Assembly (NCBI GenBank): GCA_043228905.1
Contig: JBHGNT010000021.1
Coordinates: 12,586,001-12,650,000, forward strand
Direction: 5' to 3'
Length of the DNA stretch: 64,000 bases
Source of the DNA: Azolla caroliniana
Lineage: Eukaryota; Plantae; Polypodiophyta
Both the position numbers and the translations under genes were made by a program. Shown here piece by piece: positions 1-10,600 of the stretch; the first letter of the stretch is position 1, and every line of letters begins with the position of its first letter. The notes under the pieces were generated by a model. That model made no database searches. It saw only the letters and a program-made list of their open reading frames with translations, and was not told the DNA's origin.

Positions 1-26
1 CGCACCCAGTAATTCTCGGTGAACTG

Positions 27-641
27 TGTCGAAAAACCCAGTGCTCGGCCACAACCGAGGAATAGGATCAACTCACAGAAAACGGGAAATACAAAGTGCA
101 CGAGGACAATAGAGAGAAAGGTACACTGGATATTTTACGTGGAAAACCCTAAATGGGAAAAAACCACGGGAGTCCTCAAACTCCAACTATCACTATGAAC
201 AGGGATGTACACTGGTGAAGCTACAAGGCAACAACCTTGAGCTCACTGTCTTCGCCACAGGCGGCGGTAATACACAGAGGCAACGACCTCTTCGTCTCTC
301 TCCCTCGGCTGCTCTCTCTTCGCATAAAAATGAGCAACAACAACAAAAACTGTTTGCACTAAGTCATATTTATACACATATGACTTTCGGGCTATTTACA
401 AATATAGCCTCAAGGGCTCTTGGCAAACATATTCACAGATATGTCCCCGCATCCGGATCTCTCTCCGGGTACATACGTCATCCGGCTCCGTAACCGGGGT
501 CTTCAGCATCCGGCTCCGTAACCGGGTACTCTTCATCCGGCTTCATGCCGGGTACTCTTCATCATACGGTTCCGTAACAGCCTCCGGGCTTGCCGTCATT
601 CATCTCCGGACATCCCATCCGGAGGGACCGAAATCCCAACA
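27..641 (-). repeat. 3' LTR of Copia-1
   Basis: Direct repeat of 4757-5371 (offset 4730), adjacent to the PPT. Confidence 0.95.
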
Positions 642-651
642 AACTCCCCCT

Positions 652-3600
652 TCACTTCGGCATGGGATGTCTCTCCAACCCGATCCTCTTCCGGCATGCT
701 TCCAGCTTGTCGGGTGTGAGCACCTTGGTTAACATATCCGACCCGTTCTCGTCCGTGTGGATCTTCGTCAGCACGAACTCCTTGTCTTCTATCCTTTCCC
801 GGATCCAGTGGTATCTACGCTGGATGTGTTTCGTCCGGGAATGGTAGGCCGCGTTCTTCGCAAGGTGGATGGCACTCAGACTATCGCAGTAGAGTCGGTA
901 CTCCTCCTGCCGGATACCGAGCTCTCTAATGAAGTCCTTCATCCATATTATTTCCTTGCCGGCTTCAACAGCCGCCATGTACTCCGCCTCCGTGGTTGAC
1001 AGCGCAACCGTCTTCTGCAGCCTCGACTGCCACGAAACAGCTCCACCTGCATACGTCATCACATACCCTGATGTGGACCGGCTGGTATCTGCATCAGCCG
1101 ACATATCCGAATCGGTAAAGCCGTCGAATTCGGGCTTACCGGAGCCGAATCGGAGGCACACGTTTGCCGTGCCCTTCAGGTATCGGAGTATCCACTTGAC
1201 CGCGTTCCAGTGCTCTTTGCCGGGATTGCTCATGTACCGGCTCACCACTCCGACTGCGTATCCTATGTCCGGTCTTGTACACACCATTGCGTACATCAAG
1301 CTTCCGATGGCAGAGGCATATGGTACTTTCATCATGTCCTCTTTCTCAGCCTTTGTCTTGGGGCTTTGCTTGCTGGACAACTTGCAGTTTGCCGGGAGGG
1401 TTGACCCGACCGGTCTTGCTTTCGACATGTTGAACCGGTGAAGCACCTTTGTCACGTACTTCTCCTGTGACAGCCACAACTGCTTCTTCTTCCGGTCTCG
1501 GATGATGTGCATCCCTAGTATTTGCCTCGCCGGACCCAGGTCCTTCATTGAGAAGGTTCGGTGAAGTGCTTTCTTCAGCATCCGTATCTTGCCCTGGTCC
1601 CGTCCGATGATCAACATGTCGTCCACGTACAGGAGGAGTATTAGAGAGTCTCCTCCTTCGAACTTCTTCACAAACACGCAGTGATCAGACTGCGTTTTGT
1701 GGTACCCTTCATCGGTCATGAAGGAGTCGAACTTTCGGTACCATTGCCGGGGAGCCTGCTTCAGTCCGTAAAGGCTCTTCTTCAACCGGCATACCAGGTG
1801 CTCCTTCCCTTTCTTCTCGAATCCTTCCGGTTGCTGCATGTAGATCTCTTCTTCGAGGTCACCGTGAAGGAATGCCGTCTTCACGTCCATCTGTTCTACC
1901 TCGAGGTCCATGCTTGCCGCTATGCTCAGCACCGTCCGGATGGAGGTCATCTTCACTACCGGGGCAAATATCTCGTCGAAGTCGACACCCTTCTTCTGCT
2001 GAAACCCCTTCACCACGATCCTGGCTTTGTATCTTGGGGGGTTTCCGGCATCTCCCGGTTTCAGCTTGAACAACCACTTGTTTCGAAGTGCCCGCTTTCC
2101 TTTCGGCAACTCCACAAGTTCATATGTGTGGTTCTCATGCAGGGAATCCATCTCGTCCTGCATGGCACTCAACCACCTGCGGCTCTGGGTGTCATGCTTT
2201 GCTTCTTCAAAGCTCTCCGGCTCCCCTTCGTCGGTTAGCAGCACGTGCTCTGGTTCCGGAAATCTCCGGGGGGCCCTTCTCTCTCTTAGAGGATATCTCC
2301 GTTCCGGAGCTTCGGTAACCGGTTCTTCCGATTCTTCTTCATCCGAATCCATTTCGGGATCGGGGCCGGTTCCGGTATCATTTTCATCTTCTTCGGCCGG
2401 TTCTGTTTCTTCACCGTCTTCGGCCGGATCCTCGAGTGCTAACCGGTCCCTTGCCGGTCGGGACTGCTCCTCGTAGAGTTGATCCTCACCGGTCGACTTG
2501 GAGCTCTTCATCTTCTTCTCCGACTCCCAGTCGGCAAGTGTCTTGTTCTCCATAAAGATGATATCACGACTCCGGAATATCTTCTTGTCGACCGGGTCCC
2601 ATACTCGGTAGCCGAACTCGTCATCGCCGTAACCGAGGAATATGCATGGCCGGGTCTTTAGATCTAGCTTTCCTCTCCGGTCCTTAGCCACATGCACATA
2701 TGCGAGGCACCCGAACACCTTCAGATGCCGGTAGGATACTTCCCTACCGGTCCACACTCTCTGCGGCGTGTCTCCGTCCAAAGGTACTGAGGGCGATCTA
2801 TTTATCACGTATGTCGCCGTCGACATCGCCTCAGCCCAAAACCCCTTGGGTAATTTCGCATGCGCTAGCATACTCCGGACCCTCTCCATTATGGTCCGGT
2901 TCATCCTCTTGGCCAGCCCGTTCAGTTCCGGCGTCTTCGGCACAGTAAACTCGAGCCGGATTCCCTTCGAGCGACAGTACTCCGCGAACTGCCCCCGGTA
3001 TTCTCCTCCGTTATCCGCTCGTATCGCTTTCAGCTTCTTGCCGGATTCTCTTTCCACTCTCGCGTGGAGTTCTTTGAGGACGGACAACACTTGGTCCTTT
3101 GTCTTCAACGGTGCCGTCCACAGCTTCCGGCTGTGATCATCAATGAATGTCACGAAGTACTGGGCTCTGCCATGTGACTTCGTTTCTACCTGACACACAT
3201 CAGTGTGCACCAACTCCAATGGTGCGCTACGTCTCGTCGGTGGCCTTGAGTGGAAGGAGGTTCGGTTCTGCTTACCGGCCAGGCAATCGGTGCACTTCTC
3301 CAGGTGCACATGCTTCACTGGAATAAGGTTGTCTTCTGCAAGCCTCTTCATCCCCTTCTCACTCATGTGGCACAGTCTTTTGTGCCACAGCTCACCGGCA
3401 GTGTCGGCTGCCACATTCAGCTCTTCCGGACACAACCAGGCATTCATAAGGTACAGTGTGTTGACTTTCCGGGCCCGAGCCACTATCAGGCTTCCCTTGC
3501 TGAACTTCATTACGCCGTTCCGGATGCTACCTGTGTAGCCTTCATCGTCTAGCCTCTCGGCCGAAATCAGGTTCAATCGAACCTCCGGAACGTGTCGGAC

Positions 3601-4725
3601 ATCCTTCAGCAGCATTTTGCATCCGGTCGGGGTTGTCAGCCATACGTCTCCTATGCCGGCAATCCGGCACGTACCTTCATTTCCCATCCGAACACAGCCA
3701 TGTTCACCGGCTGTGTAGGATGAGAAGTATCTACTTTCCGGGGTCAGGTGGAACGACGCTCCGGAATCGACCACCCAGGTAGTCTCATCGCCGGCAATGT
3801 TTAGTTCACCTTCTTCGGTGATGAGCATGATCTCCTCTTCACTTGCCGCGAGTGCCGTCGTTCCTTTCCGGTCCTGCCCTCGCCGATCCGGACCTCTCCG
3901 GTCCGTGGCTCCCCGGTATGCACCGTTTCTCTCCGGTGACTTCTTCGAATCGGTGTCATCGGCTCCGTTGTCTTTTCGGTAATGCCGACAATTCTTCCGG
4001 AAGTGCCCCGGCTTCCCACAGTGGAAGCATGTGGGTCTTCCTCTTGACTGCGACCGGGTCCCCGACTTCTCCCGTCTTTGCGGACTCCGGTTCCATTGTC
4101 TTCCCCGTTCCGATTCGGTAAGCAGCGCCTTCGAGTCGGAGGCCGGTTCTTTATCTCTCCGACGCGCTTCTTGGTTCAAAATACTTGTCTTTACCGTTTG
4201 TAGGGACAAGTTATCTTCGGTGCAGGAGGTGCTGAGAGTCACCACCAAGTTCTCCCAGCTGTCCGGCAATGTACACATCAGGATGATGGCTTGCATTGCA
4301 TCCTCCAACGGGAACTTGATCGCCGCAAGCTGGTTCACGAACCCCATGAACGTGCTCACGTGTTCCACCATATTCTCGCCGTCCCGGTACTTGAGGTTCA
4401 CTATCTTCCTCATCAGGGAGGTCCGGTTCAACGCATTCTTCCTCTCGTAGAGGCCCGACAGCTTCTTCCACATCTCATATGCGTTGGTGTCGTTCGCCAC
4501 ATGTTGTAGGACGCTTACATCGACATATTGCCGAATCGTCGCTACGGCTTTCCGGTTCAGGAGCTTCCACTCCGACTCTATTACTCCCTTGGGTATCTCG
4601 GCATTGTCGATCGGTTCGTACAGGTCTCGGACGATGAGAAGGTCTTCCATCTTTATCTTCCAGTCGGCGTAGTTCTGTGAGTTCAACACCATCATGCCCG
4701 GAGGCCCACTACCGCCGCCTTCCAT
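652..4725 (-). CDS. gag-pol: Copia Gag-Pol polyprotein (Gag, CCHC knuckle, protease, integrase, RT, RNase H)
   Basis: ATG at 4725 (MEGGGSG). Motifs CFHCGKPGHFRKNC, WVVDSGAS, WHKRLCH..C..C, VHTDV/ADNGGEY, QMDVKTAFLHG, LYVDDM, TDSD, TKHI, in Copia order PR-INT-RT-RH. Confidence 0.96.
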   Translation of the reverse strand: MEGGGSGPPGMMVLNSQNYADWKIKMEDLLIVRDLYEPIDNAEIPKGVIESEWKLLNRKAVATIRQYVDVSVLQHVANDTNAYEMWKKLSGLYERKNALNRTSLMRKIVNLKYRDGENMVEHVSTFMGFVNQLAAIKFPLEDAMQAIILMCTLPDSWENLVVTLSTSCTEDNLSLQTVKTSILNQEARRRDKEPASDSKALLTESERGRQWNRSPQRREKSGTRSQSRGRPTCFHCGKPGHFRKNCRHYRKDNGADDTDSKKSPERNGAYRGATDRRGPDRRGQDRKGTTALAASEEEIMLITEEGELNIAGDETTWVVDSGASFHLTPESRYFSSYTAGEHGCVRMGNEGTCRIAGIGDVWLTTPTGCKMLLKDVRHVPEVRLNLISAERLDDEGYTGSIRNGVMKFSKGSLIVARARKVNTLYLMNAWLCPEELNVAADTAGELWHKRLCHMSEKGMKRLAEDNLIPVKHVHLEKCTDCLAGKQNRTSFHSRPPTRRSAPLELVHTDVCQVETKSHGRAQYFVTFIDDHSRKLWTAPLKTKDQVLSVLKELHARVERESGKKLKAIRADNGGEYRGQFAEYCRSKGIRLEFTVPKTPELNGLAKRMNRTIMERVRSMLAHAKLPKGFWAEAMSTATYVINRSPSVPLDGDTPQRVWTGREVSYRHLKVFGCLAYVHVAKDRRGKLDLKTRPCIFLGYGDDEFGYRVWDPVDKKIFRSRDIIFMENKTLADWESEKKMKSSKSTGEDQLYEEQSRPARDRLALEDPAEDGEETEPAEEDENDTGTGPDPEMDSDEEESEEPVTEAPERRYPLRERRAPRRFPEPEHVLLTDEGEPESFEEAKHDTQSRRWLSAMQDEMDSLHENHTYELVELPKGKRALRNKWLFKLKPGDAGNPPRYKARIVVKGFQQKKGVDFDEIFAPVVKMTSIRTVLSIAASMDLEVEQMDVKTAFLHGDLEEEIYMQQPEGFEKKGKEHLVCRLKKSLYGLKQAPRQWYRKFDSFMTDEGYHKTQSDHCVFVKKFEGGDSLILLLYVDDMLIIGRDQGKIRMLKKALHRTFSMKDLGPARQILGMHIIRDRKKKQLWLSQEKYVTKVLHRFNMSKARPVGSTLPANCKLSSKQSPKTKAEKEDMMKVPYASAIGSLMYAMVCTRPDIGYAVGVVSRYMSNPGKEHWNAVKWILRYLKGTANVCLRFGSGKPEFDGFTDSDMSADADTSRSTSGYVMTYAGGAVSWQSRLQKTVALSTTEAEYMAAVEAGKEIIWMKDFIRELGIRQEEYRLYCDSLSAIHLAKNAAYHSRTKHIQRRYHWIRERIEDKEFVLTKIHTDENGSDMLTKVLTPDKLEACRKRIGLERHPMPK

Positions 4726-4741
4726 TTTCTGTGTTAACCTC

Positions 4742-4753
4742 GCTCTGATACCA
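4742..4753 (-). other. Primer-binding site (tRNA-iMet) of Copia-1
   Basis: TGGTATCAGAGC on the minus strand, 3 nt from the 5' LTR. Confidence 0.9.
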
Positions 4754-4756
4754 CTT

Positions 4757-5371
4757 TGTCGAAAAACCCAGTGCTCGGCCACAACCGAGGAATAGGATCA
4801 ACTCACAGAAAACGGGAAATACAAAGTGCACGAGGACAATAGAGAGAAAGGTACACTGGATATTTTACGTGGAAAACCCTAAATGGGAAAAAACCACGGG
4901 AGTCCTCAAACTCCAACTATCACTATGAACAGGGATGTACACTGGTGAAGCTACAAGGCAACAACCTTGAGCTCACTGTCTTCGCCACAGGCGGCGGTAA
5001 TACACAGAGGCAACGACCTCTTCGTCTCTCTCCCTCGGCTGCTCTCTCTTCGCATAAAAATGAGCAACAACAACAAAAACTGTTTGCCCTAAGTCATATT
5101 TATACACATATGACTTTCGGGCTATTTACAAATATAGCCTCAAGGGCTCTTGGCAAACATATTCACAGATATGTCCCCGCATCCGGATCTCTCTCCGGGT
5201 ACATACGTCATCCGGCTCCGTAACCGGGGTCTTCAGCATCCGGCTCCGTAACCGGGTACTCTTCATCCGGCTTCATGCCGGGTACTCTTCATCATACGGT
5301 TCCGTAACAGCCTCCGGGCTTGCCGTCATTCATCTCCGGACATCCCATCCGGAGGGACCGAAATCCCAACA
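4757..5371 (-). repeat. 5' LTR of Copia-1
   Basis: Direct repeat of 27-641, followed in element sense by the PBS. Confidence 0.95.
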
Positions 5372-7197
5372 AACTGTACATTACGGCAGCACGCACGTAT
5401 GGAGACGAAAGTACTAGACAACGGTTTGGCGTATGCGCGCGTCAAGAGCCAAGACGGTCGGGTCGGCATTCCGTCCAATTCATGACAGTGCGACCCAACC
5501 ACGAGTGGAACCGCGAGACCCTCGGCGGCGACAGCCAAGGGTATTTTTAGAGAGGGCTATCAAGGAGTGGCGCCGCGATAGTCCGGACACCCCGGGGAGA
5601 ACCCCACACATGTATTATAGGTAGGAAATTTTGGCTCTCCTAAAACGGAGGTTGTACGTTAACCGACATCAGTAGCCAGGAGAGGAAGCAGGTGGAGAGA
5701 CGACTTAGGGTCTGTGGAGTCCTCTCCCCCGACGAAGAAATTAGCAGCGCCGTGGAGGCGGTCTCTTTGGACGACACCTTGGGCGAATTACGAAAGGTGG
5801 TCGGTGAAGGCCTTAGAGAAGACCGGACCGTTCCGGTTAGCTCGATGGGAATGTACGAAGTCATCACGGACTTTAGGGAGAGGATCCGGTCGGATTGATC
5901 GGCTCGCGTGGATACGAAGTATAAGACTGTGGACCGGAAGGTGAGGCCAGTTGCGGTACCCTTGCCGGAGGGCAGCGGAGAACGGATAAAAGGGGTCGCG
6001 TCGGACCCAAGTTTACGGAATCCAACCGGGCATAGGGCACCGGTTCATCGAAATAACGCTACGAGAGCTCAAGGTTGGTGGGGGTGAGTTTCTACTGCCG
6101 GAGGAGCACCGGTTTCGGAGGATGCTCGAAAGGCACGTGAAGGCCTTCGCATTCTCGCCAAAGGAGATAAGGTGCGTAGACCCGACAATCGTAGAGGCAA
6201 TGGTGATCTTCACGGTACCGTATGTGCCGTGGAATCTCAAACCGATTCTGGTGCCCAAAGCTCACATCCCGATGTTGATGGAGCTACTGAAGCAGAAGGT
6301 GGATATGGGCATCCTCGAACCATCGAGTGCCCGATAATCGAATCGGTGGTTCACAGTGCCAAAGAAGAACGACACGTTGCGCTTCATACAGGACCTGCAA
6401 CTGGTGAACAAGGTGACCATCCGTAACACAGGAATCAGGCCGACCATAGATGAGTTCGCGAAGGCCTTCGCCGGAAGGTCGATCTATTCGGTCGGTGACT
6501 TATACTCGGGGTACGACCAGTTCCAACTAGCCGTAGAGAGCAGGGACATCACGACAATGCAGACTCCTCTTGGCTTGGTGCGGATGTGTACCCTACCGCA
6601 AGGAGGAGCGAATTCGGTGGCGCACATGGTGAACGCAATGAACAAGGTGCTGAGGGACTGCATCCCGGACATCACTATGTCGTTCCTAGATGACGTACCG
6701 ATAAAAGGGTGTCCGGTGGAGGATGCAGACAAAACGGTCGGGCCGGATGGATGCCAGAGGTTCGTCATGAACCACATCAACGACTGCGATAAGGTGCTGC
6801 AGAGGCTTGAGAGCACGCGGCTCACCTTCTCCGGGGAGAAATCAACGTTCGGGAGAGATGGAGATCCTGGTAGTCGGGCACCTGTGCGGGCCCTATGTCC
6901 GGAAACCGTCCCCGGCAAAGGTAGAAGCCATCTCCGTGATGAAGGATGATTGCGGGTTGGTTACGGAGGTCCGCAGATTCTTGGTGCGTGCGTGTTCAAC
7001 CACATCTGGATTCCGCACTTTGCACATGTCGCGGAACCGCTCTACGGGCTATTGAAGAAAGGGCGTAGGTTCGAGTGGAGGACGGAGCACACGGAGTCGG
7101 TCCGGAGACTGAAGGAGGTGCTTACCACGACACCGGCTCTCTAGAAAGCGGTCTACGGCAAGGAAGTCCCCATCTATGTGTCGGTGGACACGAGCCC
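5372..7197 (+). pseudogene. pol: Gypsy A pol fragment (protease C-terminus, RT, start of RNase H)
   Basis: YKTVDRKVRPV, WFTVPKKNDTLRFIQDLQ, DLYSGYDQ, LPQGGANS, FLDD; several stops and frameshifts. Confidence 0.88.
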
Positions 7198-7616
7198 TGT
7201 TACCGGCCGGCAAGGAGTCCAAAATACGGAGTGAAGGAATTAATTAAGTATGGTTGTAAATAAGCATAGTATGGACGGACGGACTGGAAATGGTATGCCG
7301 TTCCAGATCCGGACGGATCCCGAATAGGTGCGATAGGCACCGTTTTGTACTACGGGCCGGAAACCTATTTAAAGGCCCGGACCCCATTGTAATCGCAACG
7401 GATAATTAATAGAGCGTATGGTGTTTATACTTCTGTGTTGATTTCCGTTCTGTAATTACTGTTATATCTTACGCGTGTAATTAACAAAAGCGCTCTAATC
7501 GTGTAACCTACTTAAGTCGGTGTAATCGTTGAGTCATAATCCTATGCCGTAATCACCCTTTGGTGAAGTGTCTCCGTGACACCTTGTGTTAGGCCTTGTC
7601 CGGTCAGAGAACAACA
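7198..7616 (+). repeat. 5' LTR of Gypsy B
   Basis: TGTTACC...ACAACA, direct repeat of 36526-36944. Confidence 0.95.
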
Positions 7617-7622
7617 CAATTT

Positions 7623-7632
7623 TGGCGACCAC
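7623..7632 (+). other. Primer-binding site of Gypsy B, probably tRNA-Arg
   Basis: TGGCGACCAC 6 nt after the LTR; complementary to a ...GTGGTCGCCA tRNA end (recalled as plant Arg-TCG). The same PBS occurs in B'. Confidence 0.65.
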
Positions 7633-7669
7633 GATTCCTGCTTTCTCGTAGCGAACGACGGCTTAATGG

Positions 7670-10600
7670 ATGACTAGACCAACGCACGACCTGGTTACAG
7701 ACCGAGCTCGACGCCTCGCCGAACGGCAAAGACGGCGTGAGACTTTCCAGCAAGCAGCGCACGAAATTCGTTCGGATCGTTCGTTCTCCAACGAGATCCG
7801 GAGAGTCGCGGAGGAATCTCTTCGGTTACAGCAAACTCGCGACCAGGACGACGGAAGCGGTCTAAGTAGTCTCCGGGAAACCGAACGCCTCCTCGAGGCG
7901 CTGGCAAGCGGAGAAAACGAGGCAGAAGCCTTTTCAGCCTACGAATCGGATTCCGAAGGGGGATACAACGTGCACACGAACTACCGGAGCAGCAACGATA
8001 CCCCCGGCGGCCCGGAGGACGACGGGTCGGATACCGTGCCGACTCCAGAACCGGAACCGTTCGACCAGGGCTATCCGGAACCGCAAACGGAAGCCGTCAA
8101 CCCACCAACACCGGAAGTGGAAGAAGCAAAGTCACCGACACCAACGAAAGAGCCGGCGAAGGTACCGGAAGAAGAGCCGGTGAAGGAACCGGAAAAAGAA
8201 CCGGAAGAGGAACCGGAAAAAGCACCGGCAAAAGAACCAGAAGTGGAACCGGAGAGAAAACCGGAAAGACATCAACAAACGCCACTAAACCGCGACCTAA
8301 TACTGGACGACGACATGCCGTTCCAGTACTCAAAGAATCGCGATGATCCGGACGCGGAAGCGCATGTTCATGCCTTCGAGCAGACATGGGAAGCAAATCA
8401 CGCGTCCCAGCAATTGACACCGGAGGAAGAAGAACGCTCGAAGATAGCGGAATTCGGGGTCACGTTGGAAGGACCAGCGGCACGATGGCGGCGGACGCAG
8501 GACCCGGCGACCATCACAACCTTTGCAGAATTAAAAGCAAAATTCTTGCATTTTGTCCACAAGGAGGTCGACCAGACGATAATGGTGGGCCTGTTTTATA
8601 CGATCCAACAGGAGGCAGGGGAAAGCATTCCCCAATTCGTCATCCGTTTCCAACGAATGCATAGCCAGCTTGCCCGTGCACCCCCGGAGGAGGAATTACA
8701 GACGATATTTTTAAACGCACTCCGGGAACCGTTACGCACGGTGTGTACGGTGATCGACTTTCGAGGAAGCACCATTGACCAGGTCATTGACCGGGTTAGA
8801 GAAATGGAAAAGTCAAGCTCATGGCTTACACTAGGAGCACTGCAACGGGCGTTACCCACCGATGAAGATCTCCGGTTCCGGCAGGCAATTCAATGCACAA
8901 TCTGCTTGAATGCCGGACACTCGGCAGTGGAGTGCACCATGTGAACCCAGTGTGTGATTTGTCAATCCAAGAGTCATACAATGGACCGGTGCGAGTATAA
9001 CCTGCTAAACCGACAAGCACCACCCGTCCGACGGATCGAGCCAAGAAGCAGCCGAGACGAAGATGAAGATCGTTGGCAAAGAATGAACCGGTACCGACCG
9101 GCACAGGATGTCCGGTACGGAGACAGACAAGAGAATGATGGCCGGTACGGGGATTGGCATGATAACTACGACCGGTATGAGCGATCGGACCGTTATCGGG
9201 AGTCCAACAGACGACACGAGCAATACGACAGAGACCATTCCCCTGGTTACCGAAGGCACCAGGAGGACTACGGCCGATTTTACGATCCACCACGACAGGA
9301 CTACCGAAATAAAAATAAGAATAATAAGAAACGTAATTTCAAGAAAGGTGGTCACCCTAGGGACCCGGAACATGGAACCCCAAGGAGCCAACCGGCACAG
9401 AGCGCACCACTCACTACGGGACTGACTCCGGCTACCAGCAATGCTGAATCCAGCAATACCCGTAAAGAGTACTGCTACTACTGCAGGCAGGAAGGCCACT
9501 ACAGTAACCAGTGCCCGGCAAAGAGCTACGATAAACGACCAGCAGTTAATATGGTGGTTCCGGAAGTGGCGGATGTACAGCAAGTAACCACACGGTCGAA
9601 AGGCATGGCCAAAGAGTGGGAAACACAAGAGGCCATACGAAAACAGGCGACGGAATTGGTGAAGGAAGCCAATGAAAGGAATGTCGCGGACGCGGAACGG
9701 TAGAAGGCGAATACCATAGGGAGTGCCGGCGGTAGCCACGCAGAAAACGAGACATGGCAAGCACTGCAAGAATGTCAGATCACGTTGCCATTAGGAAGAC
9801 TCTTGCAGCTCGTGCCACGATTTACGGAAGGACTAAAAACGGTCATGACAGACGGTATAGCCCCACCGGCACCAGTCCTCTTCTCGAATCCGGAGGAGGG
9901 ACCGACGGTGGTGGACACTAGTAGTCCGGTGATTACAGCTATTGTCAAAGGGCACGAACTTCCCGGCACAGTAATCGATGGAGGTTCCGGGGTGAACGTA
10001 ATAAACCTCCGCACGTGTGATGCCTTGGGTATACATGAATGGGAGCCATGTCCGTTCTGGCTGCGGATGGCGGATACGAGCTCTGTATGGCCGACGGGCT
10101 TAATACGGAAATTGGAAGTCACCATAGGAGGTCACACATTTCACATCTCGGCTGTAGTGCTGCAGCTACAGGCGCAAGGCGCGTACCCACTGTTGCTGGG
10201 CAGACCATGGTTGAAAACAGCACACATCAAGCAAAATTGGCGGAAAAATATGATTACCTTCCGGCGCGAAAAAGCCAAGGTCCGGGTACCGACACAACCA
10301 CGGACGAGCAACAGTAAGGAATGCACACCGCTGTATGCGGAATGCGTGAACATGCTTGAAGGGTTGGCAGACGACGAAGAAGCCCAGTACTTGGAGGAAC
10401 ACCCGAAGATCGTACCACTTTTCGATATTGACGTGGCTGAAGCCGTAACGCCATACTTGCCGCAGCGGGACGAAACCGAAGCCGAACCAGACGAAGATTC
10501 GATTCGGGAATTACGGCAAGCACAGGAAGCGTTGGAACGGGAAATGGCCGTTTCCCAACGGGTAAAAACATCCCAGCTCGACGAAGTGAACCTAGGAAGC

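Larger units (their letters stand above)
27..5371 (-). mobile_element. Intact Ty1/Copia LTR retrotransposon (Copia-1)
   Basis: 615-bp TG..CA LTRs at 27-641 and 4757-5371, one mismatch seen (358 vs 5088). 5-bp TSD AACTG at 22-26 and 5372-5376. Met-i PBS at 4742-4753, PPT at 642-651, single uninterrupted polyprotein ORF. Confidence 0.97.

Noticed and set aside
757-4672. Antisense and alternate-frame ORFs over Copia and Gypsy pol genes
   Set aside because: Shadow ORFs of GC-rich coding sequence.
4726-4782. N-terminal extension of the 1376-aa ORF
   Set aside because: It lies in the LTR and PBS; the first ATG after the PBS is at 4725.
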